From the NCBI GenBank assembly GCA_047967505.1, contig CM106538.1: a stretch of 64,000 nucleotides of DNA, one strand, 5' to 3'. The translations under genes and the position numbers were made by a program. Each line of letters begins with the position of its first letter. Position 1 is the stretch's first letter. The notes below the pieces were generated by a model. That model did not search any database, had not been told where the DNA came from, and worked only from the letters and a program-made list of their open reading frames with translations. This DNA is from Dipteris shenzhenensis (Eukaryota). This document shows, one piece after another, positions 52,554 through 64,000 of this stretch.

Positions 52554-53087
52554 ATGGCCTCAAAGGTGGGCAAACAACAGCAGTTGTTAAGTTACACTCG
52601 GGAGCCCAGGTCAACAGATGAAGCTCCGCCTGCTCAGGGTCCATATTACGAAGCTGGCAACCCAAAAGAGAAGCTCATCAAAGCCCATCGTGACCAGACA
52701 TTAGCCGCTAACGAGCAAGCCATGAAAAGATTTGCTGGCACTTCTTCCCAACCTATGGTCTGTTCCCTCACAGTGATCCCGCATTTGCAGGATCTTCTGA
52801 AGAATGTTGACACGCAGCGGGATCAGATCTTAAGCCTCATCAACGCCATAGATCCAAACGTTCTTGTGAATGCAGATCGTAGAATGATGCAGGAGCAGAA
52901 GCTACTCAGTCAAATTACAGAACTGCAAAGAAAAGTTATAGCGGTAAGCGAGGAGCTGCATCTCATGAAAGCAAGAAATGCTCAGCTGGAATGGCAATTG
53001 AGTTCCCTTCACAACGACGAGGACCGAAGAGCTATCAGTGCTGAGTATAGCTGGGCGTCTAAGGAGGTACACGTCAAATGTATCTGA
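52554..53087 (+). CDS. 177-aa intronless protein resembling only the C-terminal coiled-coil region of plant FRAY/OSR1-like STE20 (MAP4K) kinases
   Basis: Intact ORF containing 'VIPHLQDLLKNVDTQRDQILSLIN...EQKLLSQITELQRKVIAVSEELHLMKARNAQLEWQLSSL', which matches the recalled conserved MAP4K tail pattern (LP.LQ..L..N..QR..I..L ... L.EEL...K.RN.QLE.QL). Upstream is a CpG-rich, pyrimidine-rich leader at ~51630-52000 suggesting a promoter/5'UTR. Confidence 0.65.
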   Translation: MASKVGKQQQLLSYTREPRSTDEAPPAQGPYYEAGNPKEKLIKAHRDQTLAANEQAMKRFAGTSSQPMVCSLTVIPHLQDLLKNVDTQRDQILSLINAIDPNVLVNADRRMMQEQKLLSQITELQRKVIAVSEELHLMKARNAQLEWQLSSLHNDEDRRAISAEYSWASKEVHVKCI

Positions 53088-53924
53088 CTTCAAGAATAGT
53101 GAGAATCCAAAATTCTCCTAGCATTAAATTTTTACTCCATTCCCTGTATAGGTCACTTAAATAATTTCCATGCCATCCTACATGCCCCATATTGATCCCT
53201 CATTCGTACTTATATCTCCTCACATGGCACCTCATGTTTTGTTCTTGGGTTTTTTGTATACCAAAAATTCTTTCGAATCATTCGTAAGACCGTTAAAACT
53301 AACTTAATAACAGTTTGATCCGATATGGCTTAGATAATTAATGTATAAAAAATATTCAATGAAACAACACAACCCTTTCAAAGGACACTCAGCCACTAGG
53401 CTTCAAAACTTTCAATGAAGACTTCAAATGGCTTGTATGTGGGACTTCTAATATGCCATGCAAGATATCAAGTCGATCGTGTATCTCCCAAGTCGGAGTT
53501 AAAAACGAGAAAATCATGCAAATAACTTGATTTCGGATTCTATATCACTCGTGATCAAGTGCTAGCATAATCAAGTAACCATAACTAATAATCACATGAC
53601 CTGTAAGACCCATGAATAAGACTACTATAATCAAATATCACAATACTATTAGATATCCACGTAACCAAAGCCTAAGTATAAGAGTGTAATTGTGTCCAAC
53701 TAGTAATGGTACATGAGCTATCATTCTATCAATAAAGTGCGACTTATCAACTATCGGCCAATGCAAGCTTGGTTGTAGCCATTTCTTGTGAGCAGGATTT
53801 TTTTAAAACCTTTTTGGTAAAAAAAAATCTTATAAATCGTATTTAATTCCATAAATCCTGAATTAATTCTTTAAAAATGTTATTTCTTATCAGGTCAAAG
53901 AAAACTTGAAAACCTGCTGCCTAT

Positions 53925-55330
53925 GATAAGGGACTTTACAAATCCCTTATGGGATATGATCAAATCCCGTAAGGGACATGTGAATTTCTCTATGGGACTT
54001 CAAATCCCTTGTGGGACATGGATCAAATCTCATAAGGGAGCCCAAATCTCCTATTTGGGACTTCAAATCCCATGAGGGATCCTGAACTCCTATATGCAAC
54101 TTTAAATCCCTCATAGGACATGGATCACATCTCATACGAGAGACTTCGAAACTCCTATGCGGGACTTCAAATCCCATAGGAGACCCTAAAACTCCTATGT
54201 GGGACTTTAAATTCCATAACAAACCTCCAAATGCCTATACAGGACTTGAAATATCATGTTTGGAAATTCAAATATTTCATGTGGGATATTGATTCTATCC
54301 CACAATGGACTTCTAAACTTGTATGTGGGACTTTAAATACGATGTTTAGGACTTCAAAGGTTCCATGTGGGATATTGATTGACTCTTATACGAGAGTACC
54401 AAACTCATATATGGGACTTCAAATGTCGTGCTCAACAACATTCCAAATAACTTTAAATATCCCATTTGGAAATTCAAATATTCATGTGGGATATTGATTC
54501 ACTCCCAGAGTGGACTTCTAAACTTGTATATGGGACTTTAAATTAATGTCAAGACTTTAAAGATTCTATGCAGGATATTGATCCACTCCTACAGGGGAGT
54601 ACCAAACTCATATGTGGGACTTCAAATGCCACGTTCAACAAGATTTTAAATACTCCTGCAAGATACTGATTTAATCCATCAAGGGCTATATAATAGGTTA
54701 AAAAGACTTCAAATATTGACTCCAGATACTGATTCAAATGTCGTCTTTAAGGGTTCAAATATTCAAGCGGGATAGTGATTCAAATGTCATGTTTAAGACT
54801 TCAAATATTCACGTGGGATATTCATTTAAATGGCATGTTTTAAGTTTAAGACATCATAAATGGGGGCTTCAAATTTCATGTTCAAGATTTTAAATATTCA
54901 TGCAAGATATTGATTCAAATGTCATGTTTAAGACTTCAAGTGGACACGTGCAATATTGATGTAAAGCATCAAGGGATATTGGTTTATTTCCATAAGGGAG
55001 TTCTAACAACCATGCAAGAGATGACACAAAAAGGAGAAAATCCCATGAGCAAACTTGACATCCCATGAGGGAACTTGAAGTCCCATATCGAAGCTAGAAA
55101 TTCTTAAAAATGGATATGGATATGACATATTATTTAGAGCTTTTTCTGTATCGAGAGGTTTAATTGCATAAGGGAGTTCTAATTATCATGCAAGAGATGA
55201 CACAAAACGGAGGAAATCCCTTGAGGGAACCTAAAATCCCATGAGGGAACTTGAAGTCCCATGTGGAAGCTAAAAATTCCTAAAGAAGGATATGGATAGG
55301 ATATATTATTTAGAGATTTTTTTATATTGT
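53925..55330. repeat. Nested tandem-repeat region: ~22-bp 'gggacttcaaatccc' units, a ~207-bp pair, ~41-bp units and a ~178-bp pair
   Basis: Seen directly (53930-54240; 54266/54473; 54700-54960; 54988/55166). Confidence 0.85.
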
Positions 55331-58300
55331 TCCAAATTCCAAGGCTTAATATATATATAATATTCCCCTTTAAAACTTTTTCCATACTTGCAAGATTCTA
55401 AAGAACATAAGTATACAAATTAATGTCACCAAGCGAAAGAACTAAAAACTAAGTACTTCATGAGGAGCTTGTGAATTGATTCAATATTTCAAATAAATCC
55501 TTCTATTTGGTTCGCCATAATAGTTGTATATTTTCTTAGTTAGTTTATGAGGGATTGGTTCTTATAAAAAATCCCATCAACAAGCTCATGTATTAACATA
55601 TAAAAATGCTTGGATACTAGAAATCTATATTCTCATTATAGGATATCCAAGTGTTATGATATTTCCTGTTATTTGGGGGTTATTTGATGTTCATGAGATA
55701 ATGCACAATTTTTTACATAATCGGAAGTGAGATGCAATGGGTAATGGAATAAAATAAGATTTCAAGGAAAATTTTGTAATAATGAAAATGTCAAATATTT
55801 GTTTTAGATCTGGAATAGTTTCTTAATCTAATTGTTTGTGATATCCATTGATCATATGTGGTTAAACATGGCAATAAAGTAAAATGTTTGACAAAAATTA
55901 GCTACTTCTAGTAACTAAACCCTAAACACTTAAAGATGATACTAATGTAAAACAAGTTAACCTCTTTAACATAGTTTACTTTCAATGGATCATACAAACC
56001 AATGCCAGGATTATTGCTACCATTGTCACTATATCAGTATAAACATAGTAATAAAGTAAAATGCTTAACCTCTATAAACACAAATGAGCTAGAATTTACC
56101 CATAAATTATAATAAATACAAAGCATTGCCAAGATCATTGCTATCAATTATCATTGTACCAATACTTGAAATAACTAAAGTTTGAGATCAATTTAGATGG
56201 TTACATTACTAAGACTCACTTTTACACATCCAAGAAAATTTTGACTAATTAATCAACATCTCCACATGCTAATGAGAATCTATGAGAAAGGTTCCTCAAA
56301 CATCAACATTAATAAGCTGCCTATACACAGATTCCAAAAACATTTTGCACGTGCATGATATTATTGCCCCCTCACTTCTTTCCTCGATGGTGTAATAGGT
56401 AATGCTAAACTTTTAATGTCTTAATAATGGCCACAATTAGGGTTTGCATAATCTTTAGTGTCGGGTGGCATTGCTAAGGGTCGGGGGGTAAAAGTCAAAG
56501 TATTCATGTTCTTTCTTGGAATGTAGGGGGGTTGTGTGGTAGACAGAAACAGAAAAGCATGCATGAGGGTCATTCGCAAGTGGTACTCCTCCAGGAATCA
56601 AAAAAGTGACCAAGAAGAGAGCTAGTGGTTTGAGTGTAGGAAAGCCGAGTTTGATGTATTTTCCCAATTGCCTACAACAGAAAGGCAAATCTAGGTCAGC
56701 AATTCTAGCTCATAAATCTTTGAATGCCAAGGAGCTTGCTCATGACATAGAAGGATGGTTTGTAGCATGAATTTGATAGCTCCCATGCAATTCTGCCTAT
56801 CTCTAGCGGGGGGTAGAGAAGGAATCTTGGGATGAAGAGTAGAGCGGTGGGGAGGTGGGATGGGCTTTGATGCCATCATCACCTCTTCTCAGGATTCTCA
56901 ACCTCAGTGTATGGTTTCAATTTGGCATTTGGTCTAGTCTCAGCCTAGAAAGAGAGAATCAATTGTCTAGAGTGGAAATGGTGTCAAGGCTTGAGGGGTG
57001 ATGCGAGTCTTAAGAAGAGATTCTGGAGGAATACCACCTTTAAATAAGAACCATTTGGTTTTAATGATGTAGTGAAGGCTCGTATTTTGTTTAGGAAGGG
57101 AATTAGATTCTAGGAGGATATCTTAGATGAGAAGTTGGCTAGCTGGTTGTCTATTGACCAAATTGAGGGGTGGGTGAAGCTTAGCCTTGGGGAAAGGGAT
57201 ACAATGTAGGTGTGCTTGAGAGGATCCATGAGAGGTGGCCTTCAAATAAATTCCCTGCTGAGTCATGGAGGGAGGCTCAATGGATTCTAAGGAGACCCTG
57301 GCTCAAGAAAATCATGTCAAGGTGTGTCTGCTGCTATTTGCTACAAAAAATGCCTCTTTTTCAGGACCTGAACAAAAGATGGTCTTTGAGAAGAGGTGAG
57401 GCATGGTGGCACCAATGCCTTTGTACCATATAGAATAGCTGTGTGTCTACTTTACTATGTGTGTCTACTATCTTTCACTTGCATTGTTCATGTATTCTAC
57501 TTCCTTTGTAAGGTAGAAATGGTATGTGTCCTCCATATATCTTTTCATTGTTCATCTCACAAAAATTTCTTTTATAACTCAAAATTTTCATCTTTACGGC
57601 TTGAGCCTTGAATCCTCGTTCCCCACTTCCCACACCTCCTTTTTCCTCTATGTCATTGCACCATTATCAAAAATACCATTCCCTTCTCCATCTCCACCCT
57701 CATTGGTTGTTCAAAGCTGACAGGATGAAGGAGTAAGATTCATTGGTTTATATCAAAAGTTCTTTAAAGACAACCCACTCAATTAATCTTGTTGGTGTGG
57801 TGATTTCTACTTCATTGTTCAAGGTGGGGAATTGCAAAGACTTTCAAGTATAGCTCATTAAATATATGGTAAAATTGTTAGGTACCTGGGTGTACCCCTA
57901 GGCCTAGATTTGATTGTTCACCAGAGATTTTGCAGGTTTCAAGATAACCAAAAGTAAGTCAAAAGCCTAGCATGGGCTAAAAATTGAATGATTTCTATCA
58001 ATTGTTGTAGTACCAATACTTGAAATGGTTAGAATTTGATATCAATTAAGTTAAAGTGCACTAGATTTTCCATGTGTTGCATGCACTCAATCTTCCCATA
58101 GTGATATACTTATGTTCTTTTGGACATTGTAGAAAATTCTTCAAAATTATGGTTTTTTCTTCATCTGCACAATGGGAGTGATATTCCATCCTTGGAAGAT
58201 TGATTTGTTTTGCTGACTTCTCTAGCATGGTTGTTTGAGGCAATTTTTGGGAATTAACGGCGGACCATAATGGTCTTTGTCATGCTATAATGTTTAGCCA

Positions 58301-59099
58301 CCTTGTGCGTTCATGGATCCTCCCTCTCTGATGCATTATAACCATTAGTTCATGACTTTCAGTTTTCCTAGCCCCTCTATCTTTTGCAAATTCTGTATCG
58401 CCTTATCTTTAATCTTGTGGCACCTCTTTGTATGGCCATACTTTTAGCAACCAGCTGGTTGTGCCTCACTTGTGAGCCCATGCTTTCTTTGTTGCATACT
58501 ACTACGTCTCCAAGCTTATTCAAAAGTTGAAGCCTCTTCCCTTCTTTGACTTAGGATACTCGTCTTTCCACTATTCAACCCTTCACGTGCTCAGAGAATT
58601 AGTTGTTGATGTGCAGGTCCATCCTCACGTTTTTTGGCCGAGCTGCTTGCATTTACTTCGTGAAGATAATTTCGAGTTCCCTTTGACAGACGTGTTTTCT
58701 TCATGGCTCTTTTCTTGGCTTGTAGGTGAGCATTGTTAACTATGCATCTTGCATGCTACATACATTTGAAGCATCTAGGATAAAAGGTGCTAGTATGCCA
58801 AAATTCTACACAAACCTCCATTTGAGTTCAATCCTATGCTCAATTTATTGTGGCTAGTTTTCTCCTCGTTTTCTCAGCGAGTGGATGCATGAGCATGACG
58901 GCCTTCATTTTTGAGGTAGGAGAGACAAGCCCTTCATGGTGACCCTGGCCTTGATGAACATGTTGTCGTGCTCATCTGCAGGTGGTGCAGGCCCTCGGGC
59001 ATTCTGATGGGTTCTCTCCTTCTTGCTTTTGGCTTTCGTAGCCAAAATATTCAGCATGCTATGAACCCAACTTTCCTTTTGTAGCCACTTATTCTCAAC

Positions 59100-59317
59100 C
59101 TATATAGCATAGGCAGTAGCTTAGCGAGGCCATAGTCCGTAATTTTGGGACTACAGTTTTCATCCAGTAATACATTACTGGATTTCATATTGTAATGTAT
59201 CACTTGAGGATTGCAAGAATGGTGAAGATGGGCCAAACCACGAGCCTTCCCCAAAGCTATCTTGAATCTGTTGGCCCAAGTAAGAGAGGCATCTCTCTGG
59301 AACCCATGTACCCCCAC
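59100..59317 (-). pseudogene. Captured fragment of an LRR receptor-like kinase domain (IRK/PXC2-like, LRR-VII)
   Basis: 'LTWANRFKIALGKARGLAHLHHSCNPQVIHYNMKSSNVLLDENCSPKITDYGLAKLLPML' covers kinase subdomains VIa-VII only, embedded in unrelated sequence. Confidence 0.85.
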
Positions 59318-60265
59318 TCTCGGCAGCCAAAGAGGCCCTAGATTGATGTCCTCCCAGAAGCCTCTTTTGAGGTTGACACACTACTCATACATTTTGTATC
59401 CTTGGGCTTTTAGTTTATCGGTATTTCACTTGTGGATTTATGGCATGCAAAGCAATGAGACTCGTTGTATTTTTGTTGTAGGCTTCCACATTTGCATCTG
59501 CTCAACGTTTAGTATAGTTTGATGCCTGCAACTACTCTGCTTAGGACATTGTTAGCTATCAACTGACTGGGCCTTTAAATACTATCTTATAAACTACCAC
59601 TCCCCTAGTCGAACGGGTGCAATGATACTGTATGATCTAATTTGTCTACCTCCGAGAAGAATACTTTCTGTCATTGATTTGTCATGCTGCTACTGCTAAC
59701 TTCTTAGCAAGCTTTGGAAACACTTGCAAGGTCCTAGCATGTGCCACTCGGATGACGTTAAGCCCATCCCTTCAGTCTGGACTCTTCTAGCTCACGATGC
59801 AATATAGGGACTCTATGTACCATCACATGGCACTTGCTTTTGCTCAAGAGTTAGCTCAGTTTATCCATCATGTATCATGGCATAGGCCAGCCCACCACCA
59901 TCTCTAGTTGGGTTTCTCACGTTTTGAACCACTCTAGCATATTGCATTGCTCACTGGCCCATGCCCTTTTGTTGGGGAGGGGTGCTCTAGAGATACAAAA
60001 GAGCTATGCCTTCTAAGCAATCAAATGCATTTCTCAAATAGTTCCTCTACTTGCAAATAAACTCCATTCACTGTAGTGTGCTTGTGCACTCGTTGTAGAG
60101 ACCTTCTATGACTTCTTGCTTGGCATTGAGAAGATCGGTCTCATGAAATAGTTGCTCTCGCTTGTTGCATGTGGGATGTTATGTTAGCTATATGAGCTCG
60201 TTGGAGATGTTGGAGCAGCCTCCTACTTGTTGCAAGTTGTTGGTGTTTTTGCCCTTCATTTGATT

Positions 60266-60267
<2 letters not shown>

Positions 60268-60309
<42 letters not shown>

Positions 60310-60314
60310 CTCTC
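60268..60314. repeat. (CT)n microsatellite
   Basis: Seen directly. Confidence 0.95.
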
Positions 60315-61224
60315 AAAACTTGGTACTGACGATAGAAGTGATCGAATAAACGGATACCTTAGAGGAGAAATAGACCCTAAGTAGGGGAGACCCTGTTCTT
60401 TAAGGACCTACGAAATTATACACAGGGCAAGGGATATACCCCAGCATACCCACAAATATACATGAAACCTCTAGCTATTGGAGAGGTGAAAGGGGATTTT
60501 TGAAAAAAATATTATAGTATTTGAGAAACACCAGATAAGGACAAAGGTCCTTGACCTCGAGCCCTCCACCACCAAAAGGCAATTATGTGGTGGCATGCCA
60601 TGGAGCCCCATAGCAAGTAATGGGGAGGGGTACGCTTTTAATGCATACCCTCTTGCCCTTTGTCTCCCACTGGAAACTGAGGGTATCCAAGTCTGAGGGG
60701 TCCACAAATGAGGTGAGCCAAATCTGCGGACCCCTCAGACTTGGCCCAAAGCTCTAACAATTGGAGGCGCCGAACTGCACACAAGGGAGGAAGGCACTTG
60801 ACATGCATTTAGAGCCTTGGGAGAAGCACCCCGACGTGCCAATGGAACCTCAGTAGACTAAAGCGGATGATGAGCATTCATGTCATCATTTCTCCCCCCA
60901 CTGTTATTCAATCACTGCCATGCATGGTAGCAGATGGAAGTCTACTCATTCCTAAGCGCTACCAACAGGAGCATCCTCCTGGGACTTCTTATGAAGCTTG
61001 CTAGGGGGACAAGGAGCTGCACAATAGAGCCAATGCCTCTATGCATCCTCTGCTCACGGTAGACCAGTATCACGCATTAAGACAAGGAGGCATCTCGCAG
61101 CGAGACAGACATCTCCTTAGAACAATGTGCCCTTCTTGAGCTGCCCTAGGCTACGATAGTATCATGCTAATGGAGTCCGAGAACTCCATGAAAACATGGG
61201 GGAGTGCTCAATGACACAGCACAA

Positions 61225-62690
61225 GGAAGCCCATGAAAGATAACTCACCAGAGATAACACTGAAGATTTGATCTATGTCTTCATGTGTATGGCCGACAAG
61301 AAGAAAGCCAACTTCCACTTCTTCAAATATTTTCAAACCAACCAACATAGAGCATAAAGCAAATATATATTTATTCTTGTTCTCTCTCCAATAATTATCA
61401 GCTTGTATTTGCAAATGTGTTAGGTAAACATCCGTGAGCATCTCTAACCTTTCTTATTACTTTCATGATTGATGTAACAACTTGGTTACTTTCATGGTCA
61501 TGCAAACTATCAATCCATACATCATAAAAGATTCGGTATCCATGTACTAAAACTCCACACAAGTGTGTTTTTAGTCCATGTTTGCCCTCCAATGCCGGTG
61601 GGATACGTCTATATCGTGGCAAAGTTGTTGTATTCTAGTCCATGCCATCAATGGTGATGCACATGGACTTATCGACATGTGAAATAGCTTCCTCTCTCCA
61701 AGAAGCATACAACTTTCGAGCATCCTGCACATGATGTAAATGGATTGCCATGCCATTTAATATATCTTCCTCGCTGCTGCTCACATTTACTATGTTCAAT
61801 GGCATCTTTTAATTCATCACATGTCTTACATTTTGACATCCTTTGCTTTGATGGTGTCTTGACATGGCAAAAATCTCTACGCCAAATTTTGTACAAGGTT
61901 GACCGTGAAATCATGCTCTCGTCTTTGTCTTGTAAAGTTTTATTGACAGTTTCTAGGACGACCTTCTTTGTCATTCCCAAAGGAAGATGTTGTTGACATT
62001 CGACACATCGATCTAGCATTGTTTTTGAAGATGAGGCTGTGGTAATGCATGGTCTTCGAGAACTTTCTTTAATGTTGCGGCTATATTTATAGTGCTTCCA
62101 TGGCATTTAAGCTTGTAGGTATTTCCATGAATTGTATGAACCACTTTTTCTTTCACCTCTACCCAGATGGTCCAGTATGTGCCATGTGATAGTCTAGTTA
62201 ACCATTGATATCCTCGATTGCAAATGGGTCTCCCATTAACCATGGGTTTCAATCTAGGTTTACAGTGTCCTGTGCTCAAATCTTGATTAGCACCTTGATG
62301 AAGAAAGCATGAAAACTCTTGAAGAAGATAGTTATGTCTATTAGGCACTGTCTTACTCCAAATACCAAGGTGTATGGCTGCACAATCATCTTTCCCAACT
62401 TTTCTAATGCAAAGTCTCTTGCAACAAACTTGCATAAGCATCCTTTCCATATTCTCCTCGGATAACATCACATGTCTCTTTAAATCTGGAATTGATACCA
62501 TGATTCTTCGCCTCTTCACACTCACATACTTTCTTTTTGTAAATAGTGTCTTGCGTTTTCTAGTTGTAAGCCCATCAGACCTCGAATCCATTTCCCTTGA
62601 ATCTTCATCTCTATAATCAAATGCTGTGTGGGCTTGAGAATTATTTGATACCTTATAATATCTTGGAAATGGCAATCTGGTAGTCATCAA
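61225..62690 (-). mobile_element. DUF7869/Sola-like DDE transposase pseudogene, 3'-truncated
   Basis: In frameshifted order: 'CCKRLC', 'KQRMSKCKTCDELK', 'CITIDGMD*', 'LKTHLCGVLVHG', 'LQIQADNYWRENKNKYIFALCSMLVGLKIFEEVEVGFLLVGHTHEDIDQIFS'. Confidence 0.8.
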
Positions 62691-63590
62691 TTCCTGTTAT
62701 TGCATCACTTATCCCATCGATATTTGCGTGTATTTTTCTTTGTGGTCCCATCTTATTATTCTCAACACAAGACAAGTCTTCTATATCAGTAAGCATGTTT
62801 GAGTCACTTGCAACAAACACTTATTTCATTAATTTTGGACTCATATGTCTACTTTTGGACTATTCCTTAAAATCCTTCCCAACTGAAAAGTTTACTTTAT
62901 GAAACTGTCATTCGAGAATCAAAAGTTTACTTTCTGGCACTATCATTTTCACATAAGACATTTCAAAATATCTCTCTACAATGTTGTACAAATAATGCAA
63001 AAACTACTATTAAATCCTAAATTTGTATTTCTTGTTTATAAGAATCATATTCTTAAAATAAAAAATCCGAGTTATTAGTTTAAATCCATGAAAAACCATG
63101 CTATTGAGGATTCGCAACATTTTAAAAATGTATACATAAGAGACCTGTAAGACTCTTTTTACTTTCAATGCAGAAAACTATAACACTCTTGAATATTCAA
63201 GAAATTAAAAGGTTTATATACACATGAGACATGATGGAAGCCTCTTTTGTACTCCAAAAAATAGCAATAGCTATGCTTGCAATTTTACATTATCATGTCA
63301 TAAGTTTTACAACAAATATTTCTCTGGATGAGTCTTTGTACAAAGGATCTCCTGTGGCCTTTTCAATAATTTAATTTTTCCTTTACAATGAGTTTAGTAC
63401 AAATGGGCGATCCAAACATTTGCTTGTTTGAATGTCCTTTTCTATCATGATCACAGAAATGAGCGATCCAAACATTTGCTTGTTCAGAATGTCCTTTCTG
63501 TCGTCACTTGTCACTTGGGTGCCATCTTCATTCACTCTCATCTGACAACCACCACCACCTTCACTCTTTCTCGATATTTGAATGGTGTTA

Positions 63591-64000
63591 TCATGGGCAT
63601 TCTTCATTTGCGCTATCTCCTTCTACTTCCTCCCGGGCGAGCATCTTTGTGAACTCTGTAATGTGCGTAATAATTGGTTGTGGTAATTTTATTTTGTCTT
63701 CTACATCATACCCCATGTGCTTCTTTGTTTTCTTTGACCTTGATTTCCAGGATACTATGACTGTCTCTGTGGAAAGTCTTGAAATTGCTTCATGGTTTGG
63801 GACCCATTCCTTTTTCAAACAACTACTATACAATGTACTGTTATCTTGGTTCTCCTTCCTGCCCCTTGGCTCATACCATACCGCTGTAAATGTTGTAGCT
63901 CTCCCCCGGTCATCCATGCTCACGTCAACTACTTTTGCAACCCAAAACTTCACGTTCTCATGTTCAATGGTCGAACTGCAACAAAACAATGGACATCTAT
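63591..64000 (-). CDS. 3' end of a TE-associated protein with a BAH-like motif (FWVAKV...VWYEP); start lies beyond the window
   Basis: Open frame 63591-63989, 'VKFWVAKVVDVSMDDRGRATTFTAVWYEP'. Confidence 0.45.
   Translation of the reverse strand, partial: RCPLFCCSSTIEHENVKFWVAKVVDVSMDDRGRATTFTAVWYEPRGRKENQDNSTLYSSCLKKEWVPNHEAISRLSTETVIVSWKSRSKKTKKHMGYDVEDKIKLPQPIITHITEFTKMLAREEVEGDSANEECP

Noticed and set aside
56500-57420. L1 ORF1 or other TE coding relic
   Set aside because: It looks like decayed coding sequence, but no motif was secure enough to call.

Overview
Eukaryotic, repeat-rich plant genomic DNA with GT-AG introns, many (GA)n/(CA)n microsatellites and heavily deaminated transposon relics. 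The TE content and gene style suggest a seed-free land plant such as a fern (inference). Probable host genes: the last three exons of a DNA polymerase eta-like gene (5356-7261, +), an epsilon-group 14-3-3 gene (19830-~21700, +), and an intronless 177-aa ORF matching only the C-terminal coiled-coil of plant FRAY/OSR1-type STE20 (MAP4K) kinases (52554-53087, +). The rest is mostly decayed mobile DNA: RTE-X-like and L1 LINEs, a Ty3/gypsy pol, a DUF7869/Sola-like transposase and a captured LRR-RLK fragment. The most unusual part is ~28.6-45.1 kb. It holds a spliced Transib/RAG1-like transposase relic, then a histone H3-fold fused to a Ulp1/C48-type protease, a gene ending in a predicted ubiquitin-like domain, a palindrome-rich satellite and a coiled-coil/RING gene. 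These may be cargo of one large DNA transposon. All of them are pseudogenised here, and family assignments rest on motif recognition by eye, not database searches.
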